NCBI GenBank assembly: GCA_965205655.1
Contig: CBDBIJ010000037.1
Span: forward strand, 1 to 50,561
Direction: 5' to 3'
Origin: Candidatus Latescibacterota bacterium
GTDB lineage: Bacteria; Latescibacterota; UBA2968; UBA8231
DNA length: 50,561 nt
The translations under genes were made by a program, and so were the position numbers. How positions within the stretch are numbered: the stretch's first letter is position 1; each line of letters opens with the position of its first letter. The notes under the pieces were generated by a model. The model made no database searches. It had not been told where the DNA came from and saw nothing but the letters and a program-made list of their open reading frames with translations. This document shows positions 1-9,700 of this stretch, piece by piece.

Positions 1-466
1 GCCATCCCGATATCTGCTCAGGTGACCACTTCAGGCGTAGCTTGTCCGCCACGACTCGCCGCAAACGAAGATTGGATGCGAGTCGGCAGCATTTCGGCCG
101 GCTGGCGCGCGTCCAGGCTGCTTGGTCGGCAACGTTTGCTCGGTACCTTTGCCGCCCGCCATTGCGGGCAATCTCTCGGCTAACCGTCGAGGGTGCACGC
201 TCAACAGCGGCCGCAATTATTCGTATCGATTTTCCCGCAGCGATACCTCGAGAGATCTCTTCACGCTCTTCCCAGCCAAGAGCCCATCGAGAGCGTCGAC
301 GCGGCATTGGTACGATGCCCCCATTGGCGGTGATGACACCATGAATCGACGCCGGATGCTTCCCGAGCGCCCGACCAATATCGCTATGCGACTGGCCGCT
401 CTTCCATCGACGCCATACCTCCAACTTCTGTGACGCGGACAATCCTGGTCGTCCCATTTGAGCCAT
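1..466 (-). CDS. IS30-family transposase, N-terminal part (partial at window edge; missing from ORF track)
   Basis: Manual translation: MAQMGRPGLSASQKLEVWRRWKSGQSHSDIGRALGKHPASIHGVI...EEREEISRGIAAGKSIRIIAAAVERAPSTVSREIARNGGRQRYRA...ADKLRLKWSPEQISGW. This shows the HTH 'STVSREIARN' and 'WSPEQI' motifs of IS30 transposases. AGGAG RBS upstream. Confidence 0.9.
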   Translation of the reverse strand, partial: MAQMGRPGLSASQKLEVWRRWKSGQSHSDIGRALGKHPASIHGVITANGGIVPMPRRRSRWALGWEEREEISRGIAAGKSIRIIAAAVERAPSTVSREIARNGGRQRYRANVADQAAWTRASRPKCCRLASNLRLRRVVADKLRLKWSPEQISGW

Positions 467-528
467 GTGCAACATCTCCTATGATTAGATTAGTGGGGAG
501 AATGTTGCATTGACCGATTGAATATACC
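1..528 (-). mobile_element. IS30-family insertion sequence, left part (continues beyond window edge)
   Basis: Terminal motif TGTTGCATTGACCGATTGAATATACC at 503-528 resembles IS30-type inverted repeats. It is followed on the minus strand by an IS30-type transposase ORF. Confidence 0.85.
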
Positions 529-1184
529 GTGGCTTTGTTTGGAAATGCCGAGATCGCTGCCCAGGAGATCGCCACACCGTAGCCCCGGCGACGAAACTCC
601 GGCAGGGTTGATAGGGCGTATATACCAACTGACCTTTCGCCCTCATAGGCCATTGATCCGCAAACAATCTCTTCATCGACACGCCCTGCGAACACATGCA
701 TCTTCGGGTCGGCAAGGATGTCCGGTGCGTGATTGTTGATCTTCGCTCCCACCGTCGGCGGCTTCTCCCTGAAACCCCACAATGACCGGTATTCCCACGC
801 TGCCAATTGATCTGGGTCCTTTACCATGGAGATTGACAGTTCGGCGGGCATTGCAGGTTCGTGCTCGGTGCTCGGAGCGCGAAAATACCAAAGGCGTTCT
901 GCACCGAGGGTGAATCCGTGGCGGTCCAGCTCGAGATTGGACCAAGTGTCGCATACGTCGAATCCTGGACCATTCCACCGATTCAAGCCGGCAAGGATCT
1001 CGGCTGTCTGATTCTTAGCCGAGTCGGGTTCGCCAAGTGAAATGCGGGAGAAGTAGATCCAACTGACAGGGGCCTCGTGGCCCCACAAGGTTTCGGTACG
1101 GAACGTGTGTCTGCCAATCGCTTAACCCGTGGTCTCAGACCAGGCTCTCGTATTTACGGCAGTCGCAACTCTCAAGATAGTCAA
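529..1184 (-). pseudogene. GNAT-family N-acetyltransferase, disrupted (in-frame TAA at 1122-1124; C-terminus cut by IS30)
   Basis: Acetyl-CoA motif 'IYALSTLPEFRRRGYG'. The frame extends upstream through one TAA to a TTG at 1184. After 'AFPNKAT' the reading runs into the IS30 end. Confidence 0.7.
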
Positions 1185-1405
1185 TCTCAGCCTCGAAGAA
1201 CGGAGCCTCTGTCAGACCTGATGTCGGTGTCCGCAAACGATAGCATTACGAACGTACATCAGGACACTCGTCGGTCTTACCAATCGGCCCGTAAGTGAAA
1301 CCGTCGTTCGTTTGCTCAATCCGCACGACCATGCCGTCGGACTATATAAACGAACGACGGTGCTGGCTCGAGCGGTGAAGGCATATCCCACCGGACTCTG
1401 TGACA

Positions 1406-2464
1406 TCAGTCCACCCGCACCCGGTCCACGTATATATCACAGGCCTGGACGAAATAATAGTCCTCTGCGTGTGTGTATCCGCTATAGGTTTCGCCTCCAA
1501 TCTGGCGCTCCAGCGTCACCGGGCGAAAACTTAGCCCTGGCCGGTCCACGCCCCCGTAATAGGAGACCAGCACCTCGTCGTCGCTGCCAGGGACCTTGCA
1601 CATCCCCGGATAACCGCAATCCCCGTCCGGATACAGGATGAGTGGCTCGCTGAACGTACCGCTTTCGAAAGCGCGCAGCGTCGTCTGCCGCCCCGGCTTG
1701 AACAACTGCTCCACTCCGGCCATCAGCAACTTCCCCCCTGCCTGCGCCAGCACCGGCGAATGTACGGTGAAGCCTAGTTCGTCAGTACGCCACTCCCGGT
1801 AGGGCGGCTGTGCCCGACGCAGTGTGTCCAGGTTTCTGAAATTTCCGCTCTCCCGCGGCGATAGTCCCAGCGAGACCGCCTCCCCCTCCTCGTCGAAGAG
1901 CAAATCCGGCTGGCTGCCGTACCAGCGGGCCACCTCCTCCCATCGGTGCACGTCCTGACTGCGCAAGAGCCAGATATCCCGATTGCGTTCGTAGGAGATC
2001 TCGAAGGTCGTCGCATAGAGCCAGCCATCGCACTCCTGCACTCGCCACAGGTACTGACCCCGGTCGAGAATGGGCCGTGGCTCCGACCATACCATGCCGT
2101 CCGGAGAGCGCATGACGAACGCCTGAGACCTGACTCCCCTACCGGGCGGCACTGCAGTATTCGGATCGATCTGGACCGCCATATGCACCACGGCCCAAAG
2201 CTGCTCCTGCCAAACAAAGAACTTGGCCGGTCCCGCAGCCATGAGCTTTAGATCGTCCAGCGGGGCAATGCCGCGCGGCTTCTCCCACTGCGCAGCCGTC
2301 AAGTCTGTGGAGCGTGCGTACACATGCCGGTGGCCGGGCCCCGCATGCCACCAGCCGCTTTTGAAAAACACGTACCAGCGATCCTGAAAATGCGCCAGAT
2401 CGGTCCACGCATTATGGTGCCCGTCTCTGTACACCACCTGTGTGCTTACAACTTTCATACACAT
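1406..2464 (-). CDS. Sialidase/BNR-repeat-like beta-propeller protein
   Basis: 352-aa ORF with N-terminal 'HNAWTDL..F', Asp-box-like 'SPDGMVWS' and 'SQDVHRW', and C-terminal 'GDCGYPG...VSYY' motif. Confidence 0.7.
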   Translation of the reverse strand: MCMKVVSTQVVYRDGHHNAWTDLAHFQDRWYVFFKSGWWHAGPGHRHVYARSTDLTAAQWEKPRGIAPLDDLKLMAAGPAKFFVWQEQLWAVVHMAVQIDPNTAVPPGRGVRSQAFVMRSPDGMVWSEPRPILDRGQYLWRVQECDGWLYATTFEISYERNRDIWLLRSQDVHRWEEVARWYGSQPDLLFDEEGEAVSLGLSPRESGNFRNLDTLRRAQPPYREWRTDELGFTVHSPVLAQAGGKLLMAGVEQLFKPGRQTTLRAFESGTFSEPLILYPDGDCGYPGMCKVPGSDDEVLVSYYGGVDRPGLSFRPVTLERQIGGETYSGYTHAEDYYFVQACDIYVDRVRVD

Positions 2465-2697
2465 GCTCCCATATCACGCCACCCGATCGCGTATCTCCGG
2501 GCTGCATCACCAATTGCAACGGTACGACGGAAACACTCTATTGTACCTTCGACCTTAGAAGCGACAATAACGAGCACAGGTCAGACGACGGCAACGGCAT
2601 TCAGGCATGACAGGTGAGCTGAACGACAGAATGGAGAGTGCCGTGGAGGTGGACGTCCAGCGCCCCAGGGTTTTCTTGGACACATTAGAGGGTCCAC

Positions 2698-3051
2698 ATG
2701 GACCTGAAAGGAGTGTTTGAGATGACTAAGCAGAAGAAGGGTGTTCGGGTCGGCCGATTCTCCGCTCGTCGAAAGCAGGAGGCGGTGTTGCGCCTGCTGC
2801 GTGGGGAGGACCTGGAGGTCCTGTCCCGGGAGTTGGGTGTGATGGCAGCCACGCTGAGTGAGTGGCGCGAGCAGTTCCTGGGTGGGGGTGAGTCAGCTCT
2901 GCACAGCCGTACCCGTGATGAGCGGGATGAACAGATCGCCCGCCTGAAAGCGAAGGTGGGGGATCTGACGATGGACAACGAGTTGCTGGAGTCCAAGATC
3001 CATCGCCTGGAGGATGGACTCCCTTTGGCATCCCGGAGGTCGAAGCGATGA
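2698..3051 (+). CDS. IS3-family transposase OrfA (HTH plus coiled coil)
   Basis: 'RFSARRKQEAVLRLLRGEDLEVLSRELGV...LSEWREQFL' HTH and C-terminal coiled coil 'IARLKAKVGDLTMDNELL'. Confidence 0.85.
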   Translation: MDLKGVFEMTKQKKGVRVGRFSARRKQEAVLRLLRGEDLEVLSRELGVMAATLSEWREQFLGGGESALHSRTRDERDEQIARLKAKVGDLTMDNELLESKIHRLEDGLPLASRRSKR

Positions 3052-3956
3052 GCCAGACCCAGTCGCCCTCCAGGAAGCGGCCGTACAGGCTGCAGCGTGT
3101 GTGTCGGGTCTGGCAGTTTCCTCGCTCCACCGTCCACGAGCATCGGCGTCGGGCGGCTCTGCGTCCGGAGGAGCGTCTTGAGCGGAAGAAACGAGGTCCC
3201 CAAGGGCCGTGTACCGACGATGAGCTAGCTGAGAAGATTCGCGAGTTGCTGAAGGCGTCCCCCTTTCACGGGGAAGGCTACCGCAAGATGTGGGCCCAGC
3301 TGCGGGCGCAGGACATCCGCACCTCGAAGGAACGCGTACGCCGTGTGATGCGCGAGCACGGCCTGCAGGTGCCGCAACGCGCCGGCCAGCCAAGGGGCCC
3401 GCAAGCACACGACGGGACGATCACCACCGATCGACCAGACCAGATGTGGGGAACCGACTTGACCACCACCGTGACCACCGGCGAAGGCACAGCTACGGTC
3501 TTCGTGGCTGTCGACCACTGCAGCTCGGAGTGCATCGGCATTCATGCAGCGGCCACAGGCGACCGTTTCGAGGCCCTGGAGCCGATCCACCAGGGAGTCC
3601 GCGAACACTTCGGCGGCGGCGACAAGGGTATCGCCGGGGGGCTGCAGCTGCGCCACGATCATGGCTCTGCGTACATGTCCGACCACTTCCAGAAACAGAT
3701 CGACTTCCTGGGCATCGAGTCGTCGCCCAGCTTCGTGCGTGCCCCGGAGGGCAATGGCTGCTCCGAGCGATTCATCCGCACCCTCAAGGAGAATCTCCTG
3801 TGGGTCCGATACTTTGCCACGGTCGAAGAGCTCCGTCTTGCCCTGCTCGAATTCAAGAGAGTCTACAACGAGAAGTGGCTCCTCGAGCGACACAACTATC
3901 AGACGCCAAACCAGGTGCGCCGGAGCTTCCAGCAGGAGTTGTCCAAGGCGGCCTGA
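3048..3956 (+). CDS. IS3-family transposase OrfB (DDE integrase core)
   Basis: WGTDLT...HDHGSAY...NGCSERFIRTLKE DDE motifs; ATGA overlap with orfA. Confidence 0.9.
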   Translation: MSQTQSPSRKRPYRLQRVCRVWQFPRSTVHEHRRRAALRPEERLERKKRGPQGPCTDDELAEKIRELLKASPFHGEGYRKMWAQLRAQDIRTSKERVRRVMREHGLQVPQRAGQPRGPQAHDGTITTDRPDQMWGTDLTTTVTTGEGTATVFVAVDHCSSECIGIHAAATGDRFEALEPIHQGVREHFGGGDKGIAGGLQLRHDHGSAYMSDHFQKQIDFLGIESSPSFVRAPEGNGCSERFIRTLKENLLWVRYFATVEELRLALLEFKRVYNEKWLLERHNYQTPNQVRRSFQQELSKAA

Positions 3957-4976
3957 CCATCCGCCAAATCAGTGTCCAGAAACCCAGGGCTTTACAGACG
4001 GGTTCAGCGGCAACGTGCTGGTCGTGCGTGACGGGGAGCCGCTGTTGAGCTGCAGTTACGGCTGGGCGAACATCGAGCTCGAGGTCCCCAATTCACCTCA
4101 GACCCGGTTTCGGATCGGCTCGGTCACGAAAACGTTCACGAGCATGGCGGTCATGATTCTGGCGGAACGTCGACAGTTGACCATCGACGACAAAATCGAA
4201 GCCCATCTGTCGGGCCTGCCCCCGCACTGGCACGGCATCACGCTGCGTCAGCTCATGACACATACAGCCGGGATTAGGCACTGGTGGGATTTCCCCGGTT
4301 TCGTCGAGACGATGGCTGTGGAGGCCACATCTCGAGACATCATTCAGCGGTTGGGGGAGGCGCCCCTCCTGTTCGAGCCGGGCACGGGGTACTCCTACAG
4401 CGGCGTCACTTACGTGACGCTGGCGCTCGTCGTGACCGCGCTGTCCGGTCAGTCGTTCGAGGGTTTTCTGCAGCAGGAGATTCTCGGACCCGCCGGGATG
4501 GAGGAAACCGGGGCGGACCGACCCGACATTCTCCTGCCCAATCGCGCCGCCGGATACATGCGCACGGACGACGGCATCGTCAACGCGGCGCCCATTTTCA
4601 TGCCGATCCTGAGTGGCTCTGGCGACCTCTGCTCAACCACAGCCGATCTGGCTCAGTGGAACCAGGCGTTGACTGCGGGCAAGTTCGTCTCCGCGGCTAC
4701 CTACGATGATTTGTACAGGCCGGTGCTGGAAGACTACGGATGCGGATGGCGCACGACCGCGTACGCCGGCCTTCGCCTGCACGGCCATGGAGGTGATGTG
4801 CCGGGTTTCGTGACGTATTTCCTGCGCTGCCCGGAGCGGCGGCTCTGCGTTGCCGTGCTCGCCAATATCAAACCGCCACCGGTACGGGAACTGGCGGAGG
4901 ATCTCGCGAGCATCGCTATAGGCATCGATCCGGCTCCCTGACAAGCGCCACTCCCACCAGGGCAACTGTTGTCGTC

Positions 4977-6736
4977 CTACAATTCCGTGCGTCTCATGGT
5001 CGCTGAGGGATTGCGAATCGACGCAAGAACCGAATCGAGCACCGCGTCTGTCCCACCCGCTGCCTCGTGAAGCGGTCCCTCTATCGATATGTCCGGGATG
5101 ACTCCCCTTCCATCATCCGCCCCGCAAGCGCTATACCACTTCTTGCAGGAAACCCTGAAGTTCACACCCATTTTGGGTGTCGTGAACGCGAGTTGCTCCC
5201 CGTAGGACACCGTGTTTCCACCCGTCTCCTCGCCGAGGATGAGCCCCACTTCGACGCACTTGAAGGCTGCTGCGAATGATTGTGCGCTGGAGAACGTGTA
5301 GGCGCTCGTCAACAGATACGCATTGCCGTCAAACCTGTAGGGATTCTCCCGCAGCGGAATTGGAGAGCCTCTATTGGTGATCATCTCCCCAATCCGCTCC
5401 GACGGGCCGAACCCACTCGCCGCGGAGGCCTCGCTGACCTTCACCAAACCGGAATCAAACTGTGCAAATGCCGTCGGTGATATGTATTGAAGTAACTCGT
5501 CACCCAATCTGGAGTTGCCGCCCGAATTGCGCCGAATGTCAATCACCAGATGTCGGATTTCGTTCTCTCTAATTGTCCGGAATGTAGATGAAGTGAATAT
5601 CCTGAATGCTTCGAGATCGGCGAAGGAGCGAAAGTCGATATATCCCACGCTGTCAGCAATGACCTTGTAGGAATAGGGCGCCTGCTGGGTGCTTCCGACA
5701 TTCTGCAGAAAGGCCAGCTTCTCCGTGAAGCTGCTCTTGACGACCTCCGAATTCAGCTGGCCGTCTCCTGTTTCGTACGTGACCTCGGGTGCGTGAAAAT
5801 TCGTGAGTATCCCAAAATAGGCGGGAAAAAGCAGAGCAAGCGCATAGTCGCGATGTCTGTCGGAGTCATAGGAAATGAGCTCTCGCATCCGGACCAGGAG
5901 TTCATCCGTCGGGATGCCATTGACACTCAATATTCTGGCTCCAACGGGAATCTGGCAGTGCTCACTATGGCATTTCGTCACTTCCAGGGCACTATCGACG
6001 ATTTCGACCCCAAAAGGCACGATCTGCTTGAGGATGAGCGGCATGACGAAGTTGTCCACCGCAGCCTCGGTGTGCCCGTCATGAATGGTTGCAACGAGAG
6101 ACATGAGCCTTCGAAGAAGATCATCCCGGTCAACTTCATCTGGCAGACCAGACCTGAGCTCGTCAACCTGCCGGCAAAGTCAGCTGCCGTGGCCTTCACT
6201 TGTTATACCACCCCAAACTCTAAAACTGTCAACAGTATTACGACATCGCTCAACCTAGTGTGACGTCGCGGAAATTTGTTGCATTAGTCTCGAGCCTCAA
6301 AGCGGTTTGGCCCGTCGGCTTACCAGAGAGAACGTGCAGCCTCAGGGCCTACAAACTTATTAAAGTAATCTCTGCGACAGCACACTAGTGTGGAGACGAG
6401 GAGGTCAATATCTTCCAGGACATCGGCCTTTGAAAATCGCTTCGCCGAAACGGCGTACAGCACCCCTGTCAGTGGCAAAATCTGCAGGAAAACGGCTACG
6501 AGGATCCATCTCCAGAGTAGTTGCCACCCACCCCAGGATTGCCGAAGAAGTCTCCTCACGAGCCTGACAGCGAAAAGGCAGATCCCAACCAGGAGCGCTG
6601 GGACCGCGTACACGAGTGCTATGTCCGATGCTGTCCATATGGAACTAAGAAGCCAGACGTAGCAAGCTAGTACGGCCACGCTTGCTGTGATACTGTAAAT
6701 CAAGCTCCGCATTTCACTGAGTAACCTGACAGACAC
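4977..6736 (-). pseudogene. Membrane-anchored S41-family peptidase, broken by insertions and a frameshift
   Basis: The 3' part (4977-6104) has S41 motifs DGHT, DIRRNSGGN, TFSSA and GEETGG. The 5' part (6389-6736) has TM helices then 'FSKADVLEDIDLLVSTL'. They are separated by inserted DNA at ~6200-6388 and a frameshift near 6170. Confidence 0.75.
6255..6388. mobile_element. 130-bp non-autonomous IS630-derived MITE
   Basis: Bounded by CTAG at 6255-6258 and 6385-6388. Inverted ends CTAGTGTGACGTCGCGGAAATT and CTAGTGTGCTGTCGCAGAGATT resemble the right end of the IS630 at 9278 (CTAGTGTTCCGTCGCAGAAATAC). Confidence 0.75.
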
Positions 6737-6757
6737 TCACAGTGATATTCGCCTCCG

Positions 6758-6907
6758 TCAGGAAGCGTTGCTGCACTGCTCGTCTGCCTTCACGACGTCA
6801 ATGGTATTATCCGACTCCACGTCGATGCGGCCTGCAGCGATTGCTTTTCGGACGGCCTTCTCGCTGCATCCTCGATAGCGGGCATATGCCCTTCTGCTCA
6901 GTCCCAC
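6758..6907 (-). pseudogene. Truncated phage small-terminase (Nu1-like) / HTH protein remnant, 49 aa
   Basis: GTG start with AAGGAG RBS. MGLSRRAYARYRGCSEKAVRKAIAAGRIDVESDNTIDVVKADEQCSNAS matches the N-terminal 'LS.RAYARHRG.S..AV.KAI..GRI' pattern of phage DNA-packaging-associated proteins. Confidence 0.6.
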
Positions 6908-6938
6908 GATGCACTCCTTTCTGAGAGTGTAGATGTAC

Positions 6939-8098
6939 TAGTGCTCTGTTAAAGAGTCGGCATTGAGTTTTGGACTTTGGTCAGCTTGGAGTTGTCCGTG
7001 TTCTTGTTTCGCCATCTCAGGTACTCCTGGATGCGCTGGCCGACTTCTCGATGATCGTTGGGATCGCTGTTTTTGATGACGAAATAATGGGCTGCCGTGA
7101 GGTGACATTCGAGCCGATTCATCCATGACGCGTTGGTGGCGGTGAAGACCGGCGAGACCTGGTTTCGTCTGCACCACTGCAGGATCGGCGGTGTCTTGTG
7201 CGTCGACAGATTGTCCATGACGACGTAGATCCGTTTCGCCTTGGGATAGCGCAGCCGAATGGCCTTGAGAAAATCGAGTACGACCGATGCGTGCTTCTTT
7301 GGTTTGTGATGCATCCACAGGATGTCCTCATGGACGTTATAGGCTCCGAAGAAATAGCTGACGCCGCCGTGGCGGCTGTAGGTTGCCCGATGCCGGACCG
7401 GGCGCTTCTGCGGGGCCCAGGAAGCGCCGGCATGCGGCTTGATCTGGACCGGTCCCAGTTCGTCGAAGCAGACTACGACCGTGCCTTTCGGCGCCCGCTT
7501 GTAGAGTCGGTTGATGCGTTTTTTTTAGAGGCAAACTCCGGGTCCTTGGATTCCTTCCAGGTGCGCGTCCGTTGATAGGTCACCTTATGCTGATCCAGGA
7601 TTTTCCCGATGGTCACATGCGAGACCTCAGGAATCATCTGCCGTCCCACCAGGCAGTCGGTCAGCTTGCGCAACGACCACTGATTGAACGGCTGACCGAA
7701 CGCACGGGGAGGCATCTTGGCGATTTCCACCACCACGGATTCGTCTTCCGGCGTCAACTTCGAAGGACGCCCCGGACGTGCCCGCGTGCGCAACGCCGTC
7801 AATCCCCCTTCGTTGTATTGGCGAATCAACTGGCGAACGTACTCCTCGTGCAGATGCAGCGTATCCGAAATCTCTTGGACCCGCATTCCCTGGACGCTGA
7901 ACGAGATCAACTGCCCACGGCGCATCTGCACGGCGCTGCGAGGCCGCTTCAGCCATCGCACCAGTTCCTTCGACTCCGCCACGTTCGGTGAACGAGCATG
8001 AAGACACATAGCTTGACCCTCCTGAAGAATTCGCCATATATCTCCATGATACCACGACTTACGACAAAGTACAAGCTCCATTTCTTAACGGAGAACTA
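6939..8098 (-). mobile_element. IS630-family insertion sequence A
   Basis: TA-flanked inverted ends TAGTGCTCTGTTAAAGA and TAGTTCTCCGTTAAGAA; two-ORF transposase. Confidence 0.85.
6949..8009 (-). CDS. IS630 transposase expressed via -1 frameshift at an A8 run (T run at 7519-7526 on the + strand)
   Basis: OrfA carries HTH domains and '...TWKESKDPEFASKK'. The -1 frame continues KRINRLY...VVCFDELGP...VMDNLSTHK...ASWMNRLE (DDE motifs). Confidence 0.8.
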
Positions 8099-9277
8099 TT
8101 GTATTGTCGTATAAATAACTTGTACTAGTACAGTTGTGTGGTTAAGTTTCATCCAGACCTATTCCACAAACAAGGAACGGAGGAAACTCATGCCACGCGG
8201 ACGCTTTCTTCCACCTCTCGAAATGACGGGGCAAACTCGGCAGCAATTGGAATCAATGGCCAAATCTCGATCCCTGCCGCACGGTTTGGTGCGACGCGCC
8301 GAGATCGTGTTGCTGGCCGCCGAGGGATGGCCCAACAAGGCCATCGGCGAAGCTGTGGGGCTGTCACAAGTGACCGTCGGCAAGTGGCGTCGTCGCTTCG
8401 TGGAAAACGGCCTCAACGGGTTGTACGACGAGCTGCGACCCGGTGCGCCCCGATCGATCTCGGACGAACAAGTGGCCGAGGTGGTATACAAGACACTGAA
8501 GACCAAGCCGGAGGACAAAACCCAGTGGACGGTGCGCTCCATGGGCGAGGAGACCGGCCTGACCAAGGACGCGGTCCATCGCATCTGGCGCACATTCGGC
8601 TTACAGCCGCACCGGACCCAGAATTTCAAGCTGTCCACTGATCCTTTCTTCGTGGATAAGGTGCGCGATGTTGTGGGCTTGTATCTCAACCCGCCCGACC
8701 ATGCCGTCGTCCTGTGCGTTGACGAGAAGAGCCAAGTGCAGGCTCTGGAGCGCAGTCAGCCGTTGCTGCCGCTGGGCCTGGGCTACGCGGAGGGCGTCAC
8801 CCACGACTACAAGCGACACGGCACCACAACGCTGTTTGCCGCTCTGGATGTGGCCACCGGTGAAGTCCTGACTCAGTGCAAGCCTCGTCATCGCCATCAG
8901 GAGTTTTTGCAGTTCCTACGCCATATCGACGCGAACGTGCCTGCGGATCTGGACGTTCACTTGATCGTCGACAACTACGGCACCCACAAGTACGCCAGCG
9001 TCAAGAAGTGGTTGGCCAGCCGGCCCCGATTCCACCTCCACTTTACTCCGACCTACGCCTCGTGGCTCAACCAGGTCGAGATCTGGTTCAACATCATCAC
9101 GCGGCGAGCCATCCGGCGTGGCTCATTCCGCAAGGTCAAAGAGCTCATTCAGAGGATCGAGCGCTACACCGACAAATGGAACGCCAACGCCCATCCCTTT
9201 GGGTGGACGGCCACGGCCGACTCGATCCTTGCCAAGGTCAAACGAATATGTCACTGTATTTCTGCGACGGAACACTA
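8097..9277 (+). mobile_element. IS630-family insertion sequence B
   Basis: Ends TATTGTATTGTCGTATAAATA and TAGTGTTCCGTCGCAGAAATA (reverse complement) form imperfect IRs flanked by TA. Confidence 0.85.
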
Positions 9278-9278
9278 G
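8190..9278 (+). CDS. IS630-family transposase (single ORF)
   Basis: [22 protein letters not shown] and ASWLNQVE motifs; stop codon lies in the terminal CTAG. Confidence 0.92.
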   Translation: MPRGRFLPPLEMTGQTRQQLESMAKSRSLPHGLVRRAEIVLLAAEGWPNKAIGEAVGLSQVTVGKWRRRFVENGLNGLYDELRPGAPRSISDEQVAEVVYKTLKTKPEDKTQWTVRSMGEETGLTKDAVHRIWRTFGLQPHRTQNFKLSTDPFFVDKVRDVVGLYLNPPDHAVVLCVDEKSQVQALERSQPLLPLGLGYAEGVTHDYKRHGTTTLFAALDVATGEVLTQCKPRHRHQEFLQFLRHIDANVPADLDVHLIVDNYGTHKYASVKKWLASRPRFHLHFTPTYASWLNQVEIWFNIITRRAIRRGSFRKVKELIQRIERYTDKWNANAHPFGWTATADSILAKVKRICHCISATEH

Positions 9279-9700
9279 CGGGTCCTTTCTGGAGAAAAAC
9301 CGTAGTTGATGCGCTCAGCAAAATGACGCGCTAGCGGCAGGCGAGAACACTGGGGCCGCGGGCAGCTCAGGCCGCAGCACACAAAATGGCGGGCCAGGAT
9401 AGATATCAGTGAATCGACAGGAAATCAACTGGGGCAATCACGCGAGTTGTATCACTGAATGGATTTCGCGGTATCACGAGTCCACCGGATAGCAGGCCCA
9501 CAGCGCCGCGGCCCACCCGGCGGAGGCACACCGCCTCCGCCTCAGTCGCATGTTCACCTGTACCCCTATTGTACCCCCGGGCGAAAATGCGAAGCGGTTA
9601 GGGTGCCCGTCGGCCTCGCCAGTGTGAGTCGGCGAGGCGTCCTGTTGGGCGATAGTTTTGAGTCTATCGGGCAGAACCTCTGGACCCTGCGCCTCCGCGG

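Larger units (their letters stand above)
2656..3996 (+). mobile_element. IS3-family insertion sequence (1341 bp) with 4-bp GACG target duplication
   Basis: Imperfect IRs: TCCAGCGCCCCAGGGTTTTCTTGGACAC at the left end and GTGTCCAGAAACCCAGGGCTTTACA at the right end. GACG occurs at 2652-2655 and 3997-4000. Contains orfA and orfB. Confidence 0.88.
2607..4941 (+). pseudogene. Serine hydrolase (beta-lactamase class C-like) interrupted by an IS3-family element
   Basis: Removing 2656-4000 restores MTGELNDRMESAVEVD-GFSGNVLVVRDG... in frame. Motifs SxxK (SVTK), YSG and HGG are present. Confidence 0.88.

Noticed and set aside
3544..4941. 465-aa ORF as an intact beta-lactamase
   Set aside because: The first ~150 codons are an off-frame reading of the IS3 element; the true N-terminus is at 2607
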